From the IMG/VR virus record IMGVR_UViG_3300008261_000142, positions 1 through 57,729 of that record: a stretch of DNA of 57,729 nt. One strand, 5' to 3'. Shown here piece by piece: positions 38,336 through 48,290 of the stretch. Under the pieces are notes generated by a model. It was given only the letters and a program-made list of their open reading frames with translations, ran no database searches and was not told where the DNA came from. The position numbers and the translations under genes were made by a program. This stretch comes from a virus. Taxonomy: Duplodnaviria > Caudoviricetes. Numbering within the stretch: position 1 is the first letter of the stretch; every line of letters begins with the position of its first letter.

Positions 38336-40430
38336 TGTTTCCTTGGAATCTCTCGCGCAACAACTGCTGTTGACGAGCTGTGAGAAGGGTAGCTTGGGCT
38401 CCTGCACGAATCAATACTTCGCTTCCAAAAGTTGTGGGCATCGGGTTCCACGAAGCGATCAGTACCTTTCGAGGCGAGTTCATCGTCTCTCGAACGTAGA
38501 TCGCGTCGTTGAGGATGGCACCCAAGGCCATTCGATCATGGTCTGAACTAATCAGCGTGGTGATGACGACCTCATCAGCGGTCTGGCCCTTGCGGTGAGT
38601 GCGCCCGATGGCCTGCTCCATCGAGAGCTCGTTTACCGGCAGCTGCGCGAAGATCTGATCGGTCATGAACTGCAGATTCTTGCCGGTGCCGTGAGCAGCG
38701 ATCGAGCAGATCAGCACCTTCTTCTTGCACCGATCAGCCGCTCCTTCGGAGGTGAGAAAGTCGTTTGCCTGCTTTCCAGCAGGGCAGTGAACGACATCCA
38801 CGCCCGCAGCCGACAGCTTCTCGAACAGCCAATCGCCCATGACTTGGTGCCAGTACCACACGATGCCCTGATCGCGTTCCTTGGCCCAGCTGATCGCCTT
38901 CTGGATCTTGTAGTCGCAGACTCGCATCGGGACCGACTGCCGCTCAATCCGACCTTGGAAATCAGCAGACTCCTTGAGCCTCCAAGCGTCGTAGAGCACG
39001 GTGCCGACATCCCTAGAGCCGTGCTTAGCCATGCTGGAGCCGACCAGCATCGGCGTGTCCAGACCGGGGCGGTGAGGGTGCGACGAGAACCACTGCCGCA
39101 GGACCCGGTGGTACTCCTGCTGCAGGCGATGGTACTCCCTGCTACGGGCAAGAAGATCCTCGGCGAAGGCTACTGAGATGTTGCGGCTCTCGGAGACCTT
39201 CCCTGCATCAGGCCAGACCAAGGCGTTGTAGATGCCTGCCGTCAGCTCGTTGTTGCACTTCCAAACCTGCATGGCGTGATCGAGCTCGTCTCCGCTTGGA
39301 GACACCCAGTCGTTGTTTAGCCGGTCTAGAAGGCTGGTCAGGTTTGCGCCGCCTTCAGAGGCCATCCGGTCAGCTTGCAGGTTCTCGACAACAATCGAAG
39401 TGCCGAGCGCATCCGGCGGGGAGGACACGACGCCAGGCGATGTCAAAAGGCGATTCTGGAACGCATGACGGAAGCCAGGCACATCGAACTGCAGCTGAGT
39501 CGCCGGGAAGTTGTCGTTGCTCCAGTTGATCAGCGGGCGTAGCGGGCCTGCAGAAGTGCGAGGCTTGTGCCACTCTTCGGTGTTGGCTTGCTCGCTGTCC
39601 AAGGTCGCTGCCCACTCCTGCACCATGTTGGCTTCGAGAGGTACTGGAGCACCTTGGCCTAGCGACATCATCAGGAGGTGCGCGTAGTCGTTGAGCGACT
39701 TAGCAGTCATCGTTCCCGAAAGGCAGATGCACTTCGGGCGGTACTTGCGCCAGTAGGTGCGGATGCGCTTCGTGCGCGCCGAATCGCGGTTCTTCAGATG
39801 GTGCGCCTCGTCGAAGATCATCAGCTCGGGGCGGATCTTCTCCAAAAGCGTGTAGCTGTCCTGAGTGGAGAGCAGCGAGTACGGAATGATCCAGCACCCC
39901 CTGCGACCGCCTGCGAGCTCGAGCCGCCTAGCAGGGCTCTTCCCACCCATCTGGTAGAAGGAGGTCCCTAGAGGTACTCGGCGACGCGCCCAAGCGATGT
40001 CGTGGTTGACCAGCTGGCTATAGACCTGACTCGGCACGAAGAGGCAGATGCGCTGGATGCCCTGCTCGACAGCGATGCCGACGCAGCGCAGCGAAATCAG
40101 CGTCTTGCCGCCACCGACTTGAATCGGCGCGAATAGGCCACCAGTCTCGATGAAAAACTGCAGTGCCTCGACCTGCACACGCTGCAGACGGAAGCCGTCC
40201 TCGTAAGCCTGCTCTTTTACATGGACTCGTTGAAGAGCATCGACCTCGGCATCGCTGAGCGGCTCTGCGATGGGAAGAGAGCAGATGCGCCCGATCTCTG
40301 TCTGTTCTTGCGGGCGATCCTGCATGACTCGAGACACGACCCAATCCATGCCCTGAGCCGGAGGCGGCGTAGGGACAGCTTCAGACGGCGAAGAGCCTCT
40401 GGCAAGAATGGCGGCTACACGGGGATCCAT
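38325..40430 (-). CDS. SF2 (SNF2-like) helicase
   Basis: GGGKT, IFDEAH, LSGT, GKNLQ, QAIGRTHRKGQ. Confidence 0.92.
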   Translation of the reverse strand: MDPRVAAILARGSSPSEAVPTPPPAQGMDWVVSRVMQDRPQEQTEIGRICSLPIAEPLSDAEVDALQRVHVKEQAYEDGFRLQRVQVEALQFFIETGGLFAPIQVGGGKTLISLRCVGIAVEQGIQRICLFVPSQVYSQLVNHDIAWARRRVPLGTSFYQMGGKSPARRLELAGGRRGCWIIPYSLLSTQDSYTLLEKIRPELMIFDEAHHLKNRDSARTKRIRTYWRKYRPKCICLSGTMTAKSLNDYAHLLMMSLGQGAPVPLEANMVQEWAATLDSEQANTEEWHKPRTSAGPLRPLINWSNDNFPATQLQFDVPGFRHAFQNRLLTSPGVVSSPPDALGTSIVVENLQADRMASEGGANLTSLLDRLNNDWVSPSGDELDHAMQVWKCNNELTAGIYNALVWPDAGKVSESRNISVAFAEDLLARSREYHRLQQEYHRVLRQWFSSHPHRPGLDTPMLVGSSMAKHGSRDVGTVLYDAWRLKESADFQGRIERQSVPMRVCDYKIQKAISWAKERDQGIVWYWHQVMGDWLFEKLSAAGVDVVHCPAGKQANDFLTSEGAADRCKKKVLICSIAAHGTGKNLQFMTDQIFAQLPVNELSMEQAIGRTHRKGQTADEVVITTLISSDHDRMALGAILNDAIYVRETMNSPRKVLIASWNPMPTTFGSEVLIRAGAQATLLTARQQQLLRERFQGNNEQ

Positions 40431-41275
40431 TCGAACCTCCGGAGCAGCTGCTCAAACGCGACAGCCGCGCACAGGGGGACCTGAGCGTTGCCTAAGGCTT
40501 TAAGTCGGTCCACCCGTCCGGGATGCCCATCAACCACTCGACCCACCGAGGGTTCAGAAGCCCACCAACTACTTCTGCCAATTGCGGAGAGTGCCCGTTC
40601 GGCTTCCTGCCCTTGCCGCTGCGAAAGTCCCGAGCTGCCGGCGACGGCCACATCCTTACCGCGAGAGACAGCGGCGGAGTGCCCACCGAGCGTTCGTGAA
40701 ATCTGCGCTTCCAAGACTCGGCGTGCTCCGAGGAAGTCTTCTCGGAACGAGGCGTCGGCCAGAGCGCGAGCCGTCCTGTCTGGGTGCGCTCCGAGAATCC
40801 ACATACGGTCTCTCCGGTGAACGGCCCCAATACTGGCTGCGCTAAGCAGACTCCACTCCGCATCAAACCCGCTTTCGGCCAGTCCTTGGAGGACGCTGTC
40901 GAGCCCTCGATGTCGGAGGGCAGCAGCATTTTCCACGAAGACGAAGAGGGGCTCCACTGCGCGCACCACTCGCAGCATTTCGAACCAGAGCCCGCTGCGG
41001 TCTCCTGAGAGTCCCTTGCCCTCGCCAGCGAGCGAGATGTCTTGGCAGGGGAATCCCCCTGAGATGACATCGACCTTTCCTCGCCACTCGTGTCCATCAA
41101 ACGCCTTTACATCTTCGAAAATGGGAAAGCGCGGAAGGCTGCCATCATCCTGACGCGCTTTCAAGACTTGCCGGCAGTAGGGGTTGATCTCGACAGCTGC
41201 CACTGGCTCATGGCCCAGTAGCATGCTGCCCAAGATGCCGCCGCCGATTCCGGCGAACAGGTGTAGTTCACGCAC
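40415..41275 (-). CDS. C5-cytosine DNA methyltransferase, alpha polypeptide
   Basis: FAGIGG, GGFPCQD, ENA, HRRDR, LKALGNAQV; motif IX missing in this frame; GTG start inferred. Confidence 0.92.
   Translation of the reverse strand: MRELHLFAGIGGGILGSMLLGHEPVAAVEINPYCRQVLKARQDDGSLPRFPIFEDVKAFDGHEWRGKVDVISGGFPCQDISLAGEGKGLSGDRSGLWFEMLRVVRAVEPLFVFVENAAALRHRGLDSVLQGLAESGFDAEWSLLSAASIGAVHRRDRMWILGAHPDRTARALADASFREDFLGARRVLEAQISRTLGGHSAAVSRGKDVAVAGSSGLSQRQGQEAERALSAIGRSSWWASEPSVGRVVDGHPGRVDRLKALGNAQVPLCAAVAFEQLLRRFEWIPV
40492..41100 (-). CDS. overprinted methyltransferase beta polypeptide (motif IX/TRD)
   Basis: Alternative frame inside alpha, with WPTP/WPSP repeats and LNPRWVEWLMGIPDGWT. Confidence 0.8.
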   Translation of the reverse strand: MMDTSGEERSMSSQGDSPAKTSRSLARARDSQETAAGSGSKCCEWCAQWSPSSSSWKMLLPSDIEGSTASSKDWPKAGLMRSGVCLAQPVLGPFTGETVCGFSERTQTGRLALWPTPRSEKTSSEHAESWKRRFHERSVGTPPLSLAVRMWPSPAARDFRSGKGRKPNGHSPQLAEVVGGLLNPRWVEWLMGIPDGWTDLKP

Positions 41276-41732
41276 TCTTGCGTCTCCGACCGCCGTGCGG
41301 TTGTGAGCCCAGAACCCTGCGGATTCGGGCACTAATGGTGTTGTGGTTCATCTTTAGAATCTTGCTGATCTCTTTGGCTGTAAGACCCTTGCGGTGCAGT
41401 CGCACGCACAGGGCTGTCTTAGGGTCGTCTAGGACTGTTTTTGTCTTTACCTCAATTCCCCTGCTGCGGAGCACTCGAATGATAGACCCTCGGCTGACTC
41501 CGAAAATCTTGGCGATCTTTGGAGTGCCGACGCCGTCTTTGTAGAGAGCTTCGCAGCGGAGGGCTGAGACCTTGTAGCTTCCCGGCCTGCGTCGAGGCAG
41601 GCCGAGCTGCATGCATCGATGGCTCACGCAAGAGTCGGTGACTCCGAAAGCCTTGCCCATCTCAACCATGGACTTGCCTTGCTGCCACATCTGCAGCAAC
41701 AAGGCGTCATCGATGTTGGCCTTCTCGGCCAT
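41268..41732 (-). CDS. triple helix-turn-helix DNA-binding protein
   Basis: Three HTH repeats (EMGKAFGVT, KIAKIFGVS, EISKILKMN). Confidence 0.8.
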   Translation of the reverse strand: MAEKANIDDALLLQMWQQGKSMVEMGKAFGVTDSCVSHRCMQLGLPRRRPGSYKVSALRCEALYKDGVGTPKIAKIFGVSRGSIIRVLRSRGIEVKTKTVLDDPKTALCVRLHRKGLTAKEISKILKMNHNTISARIRRVLGSQPHGGRRRKSA

Positions 41733-43561
41733 CAGAGCAGTGCCCCGGTGATCACCGTCGTCGCGTGAGGCATCAGCGAAGACATCAGGTTGCTGACATC
41801 CGGATCACGGAACTTCTGAACGATCACGAGGTTTTGCAGTTCCTTCAGCAGCGCGCCATCGGGGCTGTTGACCGCCGAACGCACGGCGTCGCGTCGACGG
41901 AACGCCGCATGAGAGTCGTAGACGCCGCCCTGGATCGTGTCCCAGTAGCCTGGGATCTTGTTCAGCACTGCTTCAGCAGTGGTCACCAGTGCCCCCGGCC
42001 AAGCCGTGACATCTGCGCCGATGACCAAGACCAATCCCGGCTTAACCGGCTCGGGCTTGACCGTCGGCTCGGCCTTGACCGTCGGCTCTGGCTGGGCCAC
42101 GGTCTCCTGAGGTTGCGGGTTCTTGCGGGGACGCCCTGGGCCTCGCTTGACCTGCTGCTGCGGCTCCGGCTGCGGCTCCGGCTGCGGCTGCGGCTGCGGC
42201 TCCGGCTGCGGCTCCGGCTGCGGCTCCGGGTTCGCAGCATCGATGAGCTCGTCCAGCCGGCTCTCAGCAGCTGCGTTCACGATCGCCAGCTCAGCCGAGT
42301 CTTCGCCCAAGGACTTGGTTGCTTCGACAACAGCTTGGCTGACCTGCTCGGGCGAGCTGCAAGCCTTGACCATGGCGATGAAATCTGGAGAGGTGTAGGC
42401 AGTCTTCGAGCCGTTGTCCTGAGCCTTGGCAGTCTGCACTTCCATGACCGGAGCCTTCTCGCCCTTCTTCCACCACACGATGCGACCGTCGCCGGCTGCC
42501 TGCCACTCGTAGTTGTCCGGGGAGTGCTTCGTCGTTGCGACGCAGATGCGGCACGGAGCCTTCTTCTCGTTCCAGCCGGGGGTGGGCTTCTTGGAGCACA
42601 TCGGGCACTGCGCCCACCGCCAAGGCGGCGGCGGTGCGGTCACCTCGACAGCGGCGGCTTGAGCAAGCTGGGGCGGAGGCGGAGGGTTCACGGAGGGAGC
42701 TGACGCCGAAGGGGCGTTGGAGCGGCGAGAAAGAAAATCGTTGGGGGACATCGAGGTCATGGGTTGTGGGTCGGAAACAGTAGCGAATTTTTTCTTGTAG
42801 GTCAAGCGGTCTTCTGCACCAGAGCAGACGCTCATAAAAGTGCATCCGCCGAAGGAGTTGCACGCGGAGGCCTCAGGGTCTGGAATGGCAAAAGGGTCTT
42901 CGATCTTTCTGGTCTCTTCTTGTTTCTCAACGAGCTGCAGCACCACGTCTTGGTAGAACTCGTCGATCTCTCGGGGGGTGACCTCAGCCGATCGCTGTTG
43001 AGTTGCGGGGTGGTCGAAGTCTTTGAGGAACTGGTTGTGGACTAGGGTGATGATGGGAGGGGGCATGAGCCCCTTCTTGCGCCACTGGCTCTCGATCAGC
43101 CACTTGGCATAGATCTGCATCTGCAGGTTCTTCTTGAGTGCTTCTGTGCTCTTGAAGTAGCGCGGGCTCTTGGAGTGCTTGTGGTCTTCGACGCGAACGG
43201 GCATCAGATGGTCGATCTTGCCCACGATCTTGACGCTCTCGGTGGCGTCGAGCTCAAAAGCCACTTCCACTTGGCTGTCGACTCGACGCTCCAGATGGCC
43301 CGCATCGATCGCTTCTTGGATCAGCACCTGAACCAAAGCGGCCTCTGCCGGCAGCAGCCGCTTGTTGGTCTCGCGGTCGTAGTCCCATCCGGCAGGCCAC
43401 ATCTCTTGACCAAGCAGGAAACGCTCGCATGCGCCGTGCAGGATCGTGCCAAAGCCGAAGTGGTCTTTCTTCTGCTCAGGCATCTTGTCGACATACTTGA
43501 ACCACCACTTCCTGGCGCAGAGAGAAAGAGTCTCAAGCTGTGTTGCGGAGGTCTTCTTCAC
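41732..43561 (-). CDS. PD-(D/E)XK exonuclease (Cas4/RecB-like) with Zn finger, PQPE linker and AT-hook
   Basis: CARKWW, GTILH, GKID..DHK, QMQIY, C..C..C; CPMC..CRIC; GRPRK. Confidence 0.85.
   Translation of the reverse strand: MKKTSATQLETLSLCARKWWFKYVDKMPEQKKDHFGFGTILHGACERFLLGQEMWPAGWDYDRETNKRLLPAEAALVQVLIQEAIDAGHLERRVDSQVEVAFELDATESVKIVGKIDHLMPVRVEDHKHSKSPRYFKSTEALKKNLQMQIYAKWLIESQWRKKGLMPPPIITLVHNQFLKDFDHPATQQRSAEVTPREIDEFYQDVVLQLVEKQEETRKIEDPFAIPDPEASACNSFGGCTFMSVCSGAEDRLTYKKKFATVSDPQPMTSMSPNDFLSRRSNAPSASAPSVNPPPPPQLAQAAAVEVTAPPPPWRWAQCPMCSKKPTPGWNEKKAPCRICVATTKHSPDNYEWQAAGDGRIVWWKKGEKAPVMEVQTAKAQDNGSKTAYTSPDFIAMVKACSSPEQVSQAVVEATKSLGEDSAELAIVNAAAESRLDELIDAANPEPQPEPQPEPQPQPQPEPQPEPQQQVKRGPGRPRKNPQPQETVAQPEPTVKAEPTVKPEPVKPGLVLVIGADVTAWPGALVTTAEAVLNKIPGYWDTIQGGVYDSHAAFRRRDAVRSAVNSPDGALLKELQNLVIVQKFRDPDVSNLMSSLMPHATTVITGALL
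42158..42230. repeat. coding 12-bp repeat (PQPE)
   Basis: CGGCTCCGGCTG tandem. Confidence 0.85.
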
Positions 43562-46032
43562 GAGACACCGTTGGCGGTAAGGCGCAGGGCGGTCAGGTCT
43601 GCGATGCTCAGACCTTGGTTAGCGGCACAGAAGATCAGCTTGTCCATGTCGACCATCACTTGAGTGGTCAGGTCTGTGGGTGAGGTGCGGGTAAAGTTGG
43701 TCAGGAAGCGGTCCAGAGCAGTGGCAAACGCTTCAGCTCTCGAAGCACCGCTGGCCGAGATGGCGAACTTCGTGAACGGACGCTTCTTGATCCACACGCA
43801 GCCGTTGACGATCTCGACGCTGCGGTACAGGTCCACAGCCGCCTTCTTGTGGTAGACGCGGCTGATCGCGGAGGTGAGCTCGTCGACAACTTCGCGGCCC
43901 ATGCCGCTGAGATCGAACGAAAGGGTGAAGGCTTGGTGCGGCTTGCCTTGAACAAGCATTCGACCGTCGCGAGCAAACTGCTGCTCGCAAAAGTAATCCA
44001 AGTACAGCTTGATCAAATGGCGAGCTAGGCGGCACTCTCCCCCTAGCCAAGAGCCCCTAGCACTCTCTCGGGTGAAGGTCATCGCTCCTCGGCTGTCAAG
44101 GAAGTCTGCTGGGCGTTGACCGGTCTCGATGACGAGGATGCGTTCGCGGAACGCCTCGCGGTCTTGAGTAGCCAGCGTTCTCTTGCCGACTAGCGTCCGA
44201 ACCATGTCGAACGAGTTGGCGGAGAAGATGACTCGATAGGGCACGCTCGACGTGATCTGGTCCATGAACTTCTTCTGCGTCGAGACCGCGCTGCCGGTCA
44301 CGAGCGAGCGGAACACGTCAGCAGTGTCAGAGCCAGAGAGCCGGATCGGTAGACCTTCGTCGACCATCACGACGGGCGATTCGAGAAGGCGTCCGTTGAA
44401 GTCGCTGAAAGCTTGCTGCCCAGGCACCGGATCTGATCCGAAGCACTCGGCGATAGCCATAGCAAGCATCGACTTGCCCACACGAGCAGGCCCGTAGAGG
44501 TAGCAAGCGGCTGTAGGCCCCCGGTCCAAAGCCAGAGCGGAAGCAAGCCAACGCTTCAACGTGTTGCTGTCGTGGAAGGTCTCGAGCCAGTCGGCAATGT
44601 CAGGGTCGTACTCGGCCCGATCAAGCAGGTCCTTTCGGATGCCAAAAGGGGAGATGCGAAGCAGTCGCTTGTTGCCTAGAGAGCACAAGCGCACGCCTAC
44701 GTCCCTGTCGGCTACGAACTGCACATCGTCGATGTTCGTCGAATAGCGGTTCATGATCTCGTAGCCAGACATCGGCTTGCCGTCACGAGTACGAAAGCCG
44801 CCCTCAACGAGGCAGTGCAGCTCATCGTTGAAGTGTGCTGGCAGCTGCTGCGGCTTGAGAGCGTGCCTGAGGTACTGGCCGTCTCGAGCCACCACGTAGC
44901 AGCCGGCTGCTGTCTGAAGGCAGTAGTGCCTTTGCAGGTAGTCTCGCCTCTCAGGGTCCCCGTTAGGGACTTCGTCAGCCGGCAGTTGCTTGATCATCTC
45001 TTCGGTGATCACGTCGCGCTGCGTCTTGTCAGCAGCCTCCTGCTGCTGCCTGTCGGCTTCCTTCTTGGCCTCCTCGTTCCACGAGTGCCGCACCATGCGC
45101 CAGAGCTTGTCCTGCCACGGCTCACCGTCTTGCGTGAACTCCATGATGACCGGGGTCATCAAGCAGTAGATCTCTTCAGCACTGCTTTCAGGCACCGCCT
45201 TGAAGCACTTGCGGACTACCTCACCTGACATGGCAAGCAAGGTCTGGTCCCGTCGGCCTTGGGTGATCCGAGCGTCTTCAAAGATGTAGTCTCGGAATCT
45301 GCTGCTTTTCAGCACTCTTGCATAAAGCTTCTTTCTAGACTCCGGAAGATCATCGTCGTTCGCAGGCCGCTTCTCCTCAGCCTGCTGAGTCGTGCGCCCC
45401 CTCGAGTCCCAGGGGAGGCGATGCGCTCGCGGCTTGACCTCGGAAGGGTTGATCGATGCTTCCTCGGAGATCAGCGCATCGAAGTAGTAAGGCTCCTGCC
45501 ACGTCGGCCCTCTGGCCTTCTCATCGTCGCGGGTGACCTTGGGAAGGCGGAAGCACCGGCTCCACTGATCCGTAGTCGGATCAAGCTGCAGGCCGGTGAA
45601 GTGGACGAGGTCCATCGCCATTCCCCGCACGAGGGCTGGGTAATCCTCGGTAAGCACCGGCTCCGAGAGTCGGTAGACCAGACGCATCCCGCTCTTGGTG
45701 GGGTAGATCGCAGCAGCTCGGTAGAGGTAGTGATCCTCGGGAACCTGCTGCAGCCGATCCAGAATGGTCGCGTGATCGTTGCTGGCGTCGTAGTCCAGAA
45801 AGACCATTCCGCACAGGAACAAGCCATCTGTCTCGACCCTGCCGCCCGTGGAGCGAGCTCGTACTGCAGGAGCCAGCTCATCGTCGAAGTAGCGGACGTA
45901 GGGCCAGGCGTGTGCGTCGAAGTCGTGCTCTGTCGTGAAGACAGAAAGCCAGTGGTCGACTTGCAGAAGATCTCCCACCTCTCCCGGTTTGGGCGTCCGG
46001 GAGAAGCGGTGTCCGTAGGTGCAGAGCGTCAT
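43558..46032 (-). CDS. primase(-polymerase)/helicase fusion
   Basis: N-terminal LDYD..TKSGMRL..RCFRLP; GRRD PriCT-like; P-loop GPARVGKS, VDEG, FSAN. Confidence 0.85.
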   Translation of the reverse strand: MTLCTYGHRFSRTPKPGEVGDLLQVDHWLSVFTTEHDFDAHAWPYVRYFDDELAPAVRARSTGGRVETDGLFLCGMVFLDYDASNDHATILDRLQQVPEDHYLYRAAAIYPTKSGMRLVYRLSEPVLTEDYPALVRGMAMDLVHFTGLQLDPTTDQWSRCFRLPKVTRDDEKARGPTWQEPYYFDALISEEASINPSEVKPRAHRLPWDSRGRTTQQAEEKRPANDDDLPESRKKLYARVLKSSRFRDYIFEDARITQGRRDQTLLAMSGEVVRKCFKAVPESSAEEIYCLMTPVIMEFTQDGEPWQDKLWRMVRHSWNEEAKKEADRQQQEAADKTQRDVITEEMIKQLPADEVPNGDPERRDYLQRHYCLQTAAGCYVVARDGQYLRHALKPQQLPAHFNDELHCLVEGGFRTRDGKPMSGYEIMNRYSTNIDDVQFVADRDVGVRLCSLGNKRLLRISPFGIRKDLLDRAEYDPDIADWLETFHDSNTLKRWLASALALDRGPTAACYLYGPARVGKSMLAMAIAECFGSDPVPGQQAFSDFNGRLLESPVVMVDEGLPIRLSGSDTADVFRSLVTGSAVSTQKKFMDQITSSVPYRVIFSANSFDMVRTLVGKRTLATQDREAFRERILVIETGQRPADFLDSRGAMTFTRESARGSWLGGECRLARHLIKLYLDYFCEQQFARDGRMLVQGKPHQAFTLSFDLSGMGREVVDELTSAISRVYHKKAAVDLYRSVEIVNGCVWIKKRPFTKFAISASGASRAEAFATALDRFLTNFTRTSPTDLTTQVMVDMDKLIFCAANQGLSIADLTALRLTANGVS

Positions 46033-46090
46033 GCGGACGACCTACCCTACCAACAGCGGCTAGGAATCCCAGCCACTAGATGTTGGGGGG

Positions 46091-48250
46091 TCAGATCGAA
46101 GCGGCTACCAGAGCAGCCGTGAGGCGTCGACCTGCCGTGATCGAACCCTCGGGCGTCTCATGCACGTTGTCGATTCGATCGCGCTCGAGGTCATCGACAT
46201 CAACGACCCGGACCTGGGAGTCTTGCTTAGCAAGAGTTTCCAAAGCGTTTCGGATGACGATGAGCGAGTTCGGGTTGGACGAGGCAGCCAACGCCTGCGG
46301 CCTACGGAAGACAATCGGGAAGGGCTTGCCGCTAGTACGAGTGCTGAGATCGGCGCGCAGGTCGGAAACGAACGTGCCGACGCTCTGAGCGTACAAGTTG
46401 GCAAACGCGAGCGATTGAGAGGGAGTGGTGCCTGCGCTGTCGTTGTGGCCGAGGCTGAAAACAGCTCCACGGAAGTCGGCCTGCTTACCCAAGCTGTTGT
46501 TGATGTATTCGATCGCTGCTTCGATCGACTTCAGCATCGAAGGGTACTGCTCGCCCGCCGACTTGATAAACCGGCCTCCGGTTCCAGCCTGGCCGGGGCC
46601 GGAGGGGACGTAAGGATTCAAGTTACTGGAGAGCGTCGCTCCGTTTGCTGCGTGCTTGATGATTCCGAAGCCGTTGGGGTGCTGCTTTGCCAGCTCAGGG
46701 AACATAGACATCTCAGGACCGGCAGAAGCCCACACGCTGCCTGAGGTGTTGCTGTTCTCGTTGGGGTCGTAAGGCTCGAAAGAGTTGTTGAGGCGGTTGA
46801 AGATCAGCTCGTTTGCCGGCTTCACCGTGCCTGTGGGACCCGGCCCGATCAGGCTTAGAGAAGCGCAGTTGTCAGCCCATGCCGCTGGAATCGGTCCAAC
46901 AGCGATGGAGTCTCCAGCGAGCAAATAGATCGGGAAGCCAGTAGTCGGTTGGCCGGTGGGGAGTCCCGCAAGCTGTCGCTCAAAGAGAGACACGCTCTTG
47001 CTGGCGAAGCTTTGAGACTTCCCAAACAGGCTTTCTCTCGAGTAGTACTTTCTCTCGCCGGTCTGGTTGTTGACCTGAGGGCTTTCCGTCAGCGGAGCAA
47101 AGGATGCATCCGCCATGTCAATGAGAGCCACCCTCGGCGTATATTCGACGACCGATCGGTTCCAAGTGCGAATGGCTCCAGCGGCCAAAGGTGCTGCGAC
47201 TCCCCACAGATCCGGATGAGGATGGCTTACTTGAGCGTGGATGTTCGCGTTGCTGACGAAGTTGTACGGAGAAGCACTGTTTTGGAGTGCTGACGAGGAC
47301 CTGAGCCAGTTGATCAGGTCCACCATGTTGCCCGGATACTCGCCGATACGGGTGTTCACATACACCGGCTGCTGTACGGGATCCGAGGCAACAGACGCCA
47401 CTTGTGCGAGGTCTTCATCGGAAACATCGATGATCACAAGCTGCCATTGGATGACGTTTCCTTGTTCGGCAGCAGCTGCAGAGACTTCTTGAAGAAGGGC
47501 CAGCAGGCCAGTTCGTGAGCCGCCGCCGGTTCGAAAGCCGCTGTAGAGACCCTCCGGCTGCGCGTACTTGACGAAGTAGAAGTAGGGCGCGCTGTTGTAG
47601 ATTCGCCGGCTGATCTCCGGCACCATCCTGGCGTCCGGGCCGATGCCATAGCCAAAGGCAGCCCAAGTACTGCCGCCGCTGCTGTTGCCGTTCAACGTGC
47701 CGGGGATCGCGGCATACTGAGTGAACCGACCAGTGCCGATAACGACCCGCGTCACTGGGTTCGGCGGCAATGCGTGCGGGAGTGTGACAAAGGGATCAGA
47801 AAGGGTAAGAGTGTTCGAGGTGTTTGAAACAATTCTTCGAACAATACGAGTTACCAGATTTCTGTTTTCGTAAGCGTATGGGTAAAAAGCAATATTTGGC
47901 GAGAAGATAAGGCCAGAATATGCACCACTACCGTTGATGAGCGTTGCGGTCTTGTTGGCCCACTGATTTGTCGTCCAGCCGGGGTTTGGAGTTACTACAA
48001 CATTTGAAGCAGTGCATGCTGCTTCGTCCAATTCGAAAAACTCACCTGTACGGTTTGCAGTTCCATCATACCACGGGTAGAAAGTGCCAGTAGGAACGCC
48101 GGCACTGGTTTGAGGAACAACTGTCATCAGTTCCCTGTCGTTGAGAACTGAAGCAAAGTCGCTCTGGAGAGAAGTTCCAGAAGGGATCGAAGGGTTGCCA
48201 CCGTTACCCATCGCTGTGGTGACGTACAGAATGCCAGGGACTGTTGCCAT
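46091..48250 (-). CDS. tandem SASA/SGNH esterase protein (possible spike or moron)
   Basis: C-terminal domain intact: LAGDS, AGPEM, LGHND, DNVH; N-terminal domain degenerate. Confidence 0.75.
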   Translation of the reverse strand: MATVPGILYVTTAMGNGGNPSIPSGTSLQSDFASVLNDRELMTVVPQTSAGVPTGTFYPWYDGTANRTGEFFELDEAACTASNVVVTPNPGWTTNQWANKTATLINGSGAYSGLIFSPNIAFYPYAYENRNLVTRIVRRIVSNTSNTLTLSDPFVTLPHALPPNPVTRVVIGTGRFTQYAAIPGTLNGNSSGGSTWAAFGYGIGPDARMVPEISRRIYNSAPYFYFVKYAQPEGLYSGFRTGGGSRTGLLALLQEVSAAAAEQGNVIQWQLVIIDVSDEDLAQVASVASDPVQQPVYVNTRIGEYPGNMVDLINWLRSSSALQNSASPYNFVSNANIHAQVSHPHPDLWGVAAPLAAGAIRTWNRSVVEYTPRVALIDMADASFAPLTESPQVNNQTGERKYYSRESLFGKSQSFASKSVSLFERQLAGLPTGQPTTGFPIYLLAGDSIAVGPIPAAWADNCASLSLIGPGPTGTVKPANELIFNRLNNSFEPYDPNENSNTSGSVWASAGPEMSMFPELAKQHPNGFGIIKHAANGATLSSNLNPYVPSGPGQAGTGGRFIKSAGEQYPSMLKSIEAAIEYINNSLGKQADFRGAVFSLGHNDSAGTTPSQSLAFANLYAQSVGTFVSDLRADLSTRTSGKPFPIVFRRPQALAASSNPNSLIVIRNALETLAKQDSQVRVVDVDDLERDRIDNVHETPEGSITAGRRLTAALVAASI

Positions 48251-48290
48251 CTCACTAACCTATTGCTTTTGCAGGTATGTTCAAGCAGTC

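Noticed and set aside
41732-43561. Cas4 of a CRISPR system
   Set aside because: Stand-alone phage PD-(D/E)XK nuclease in the replication block
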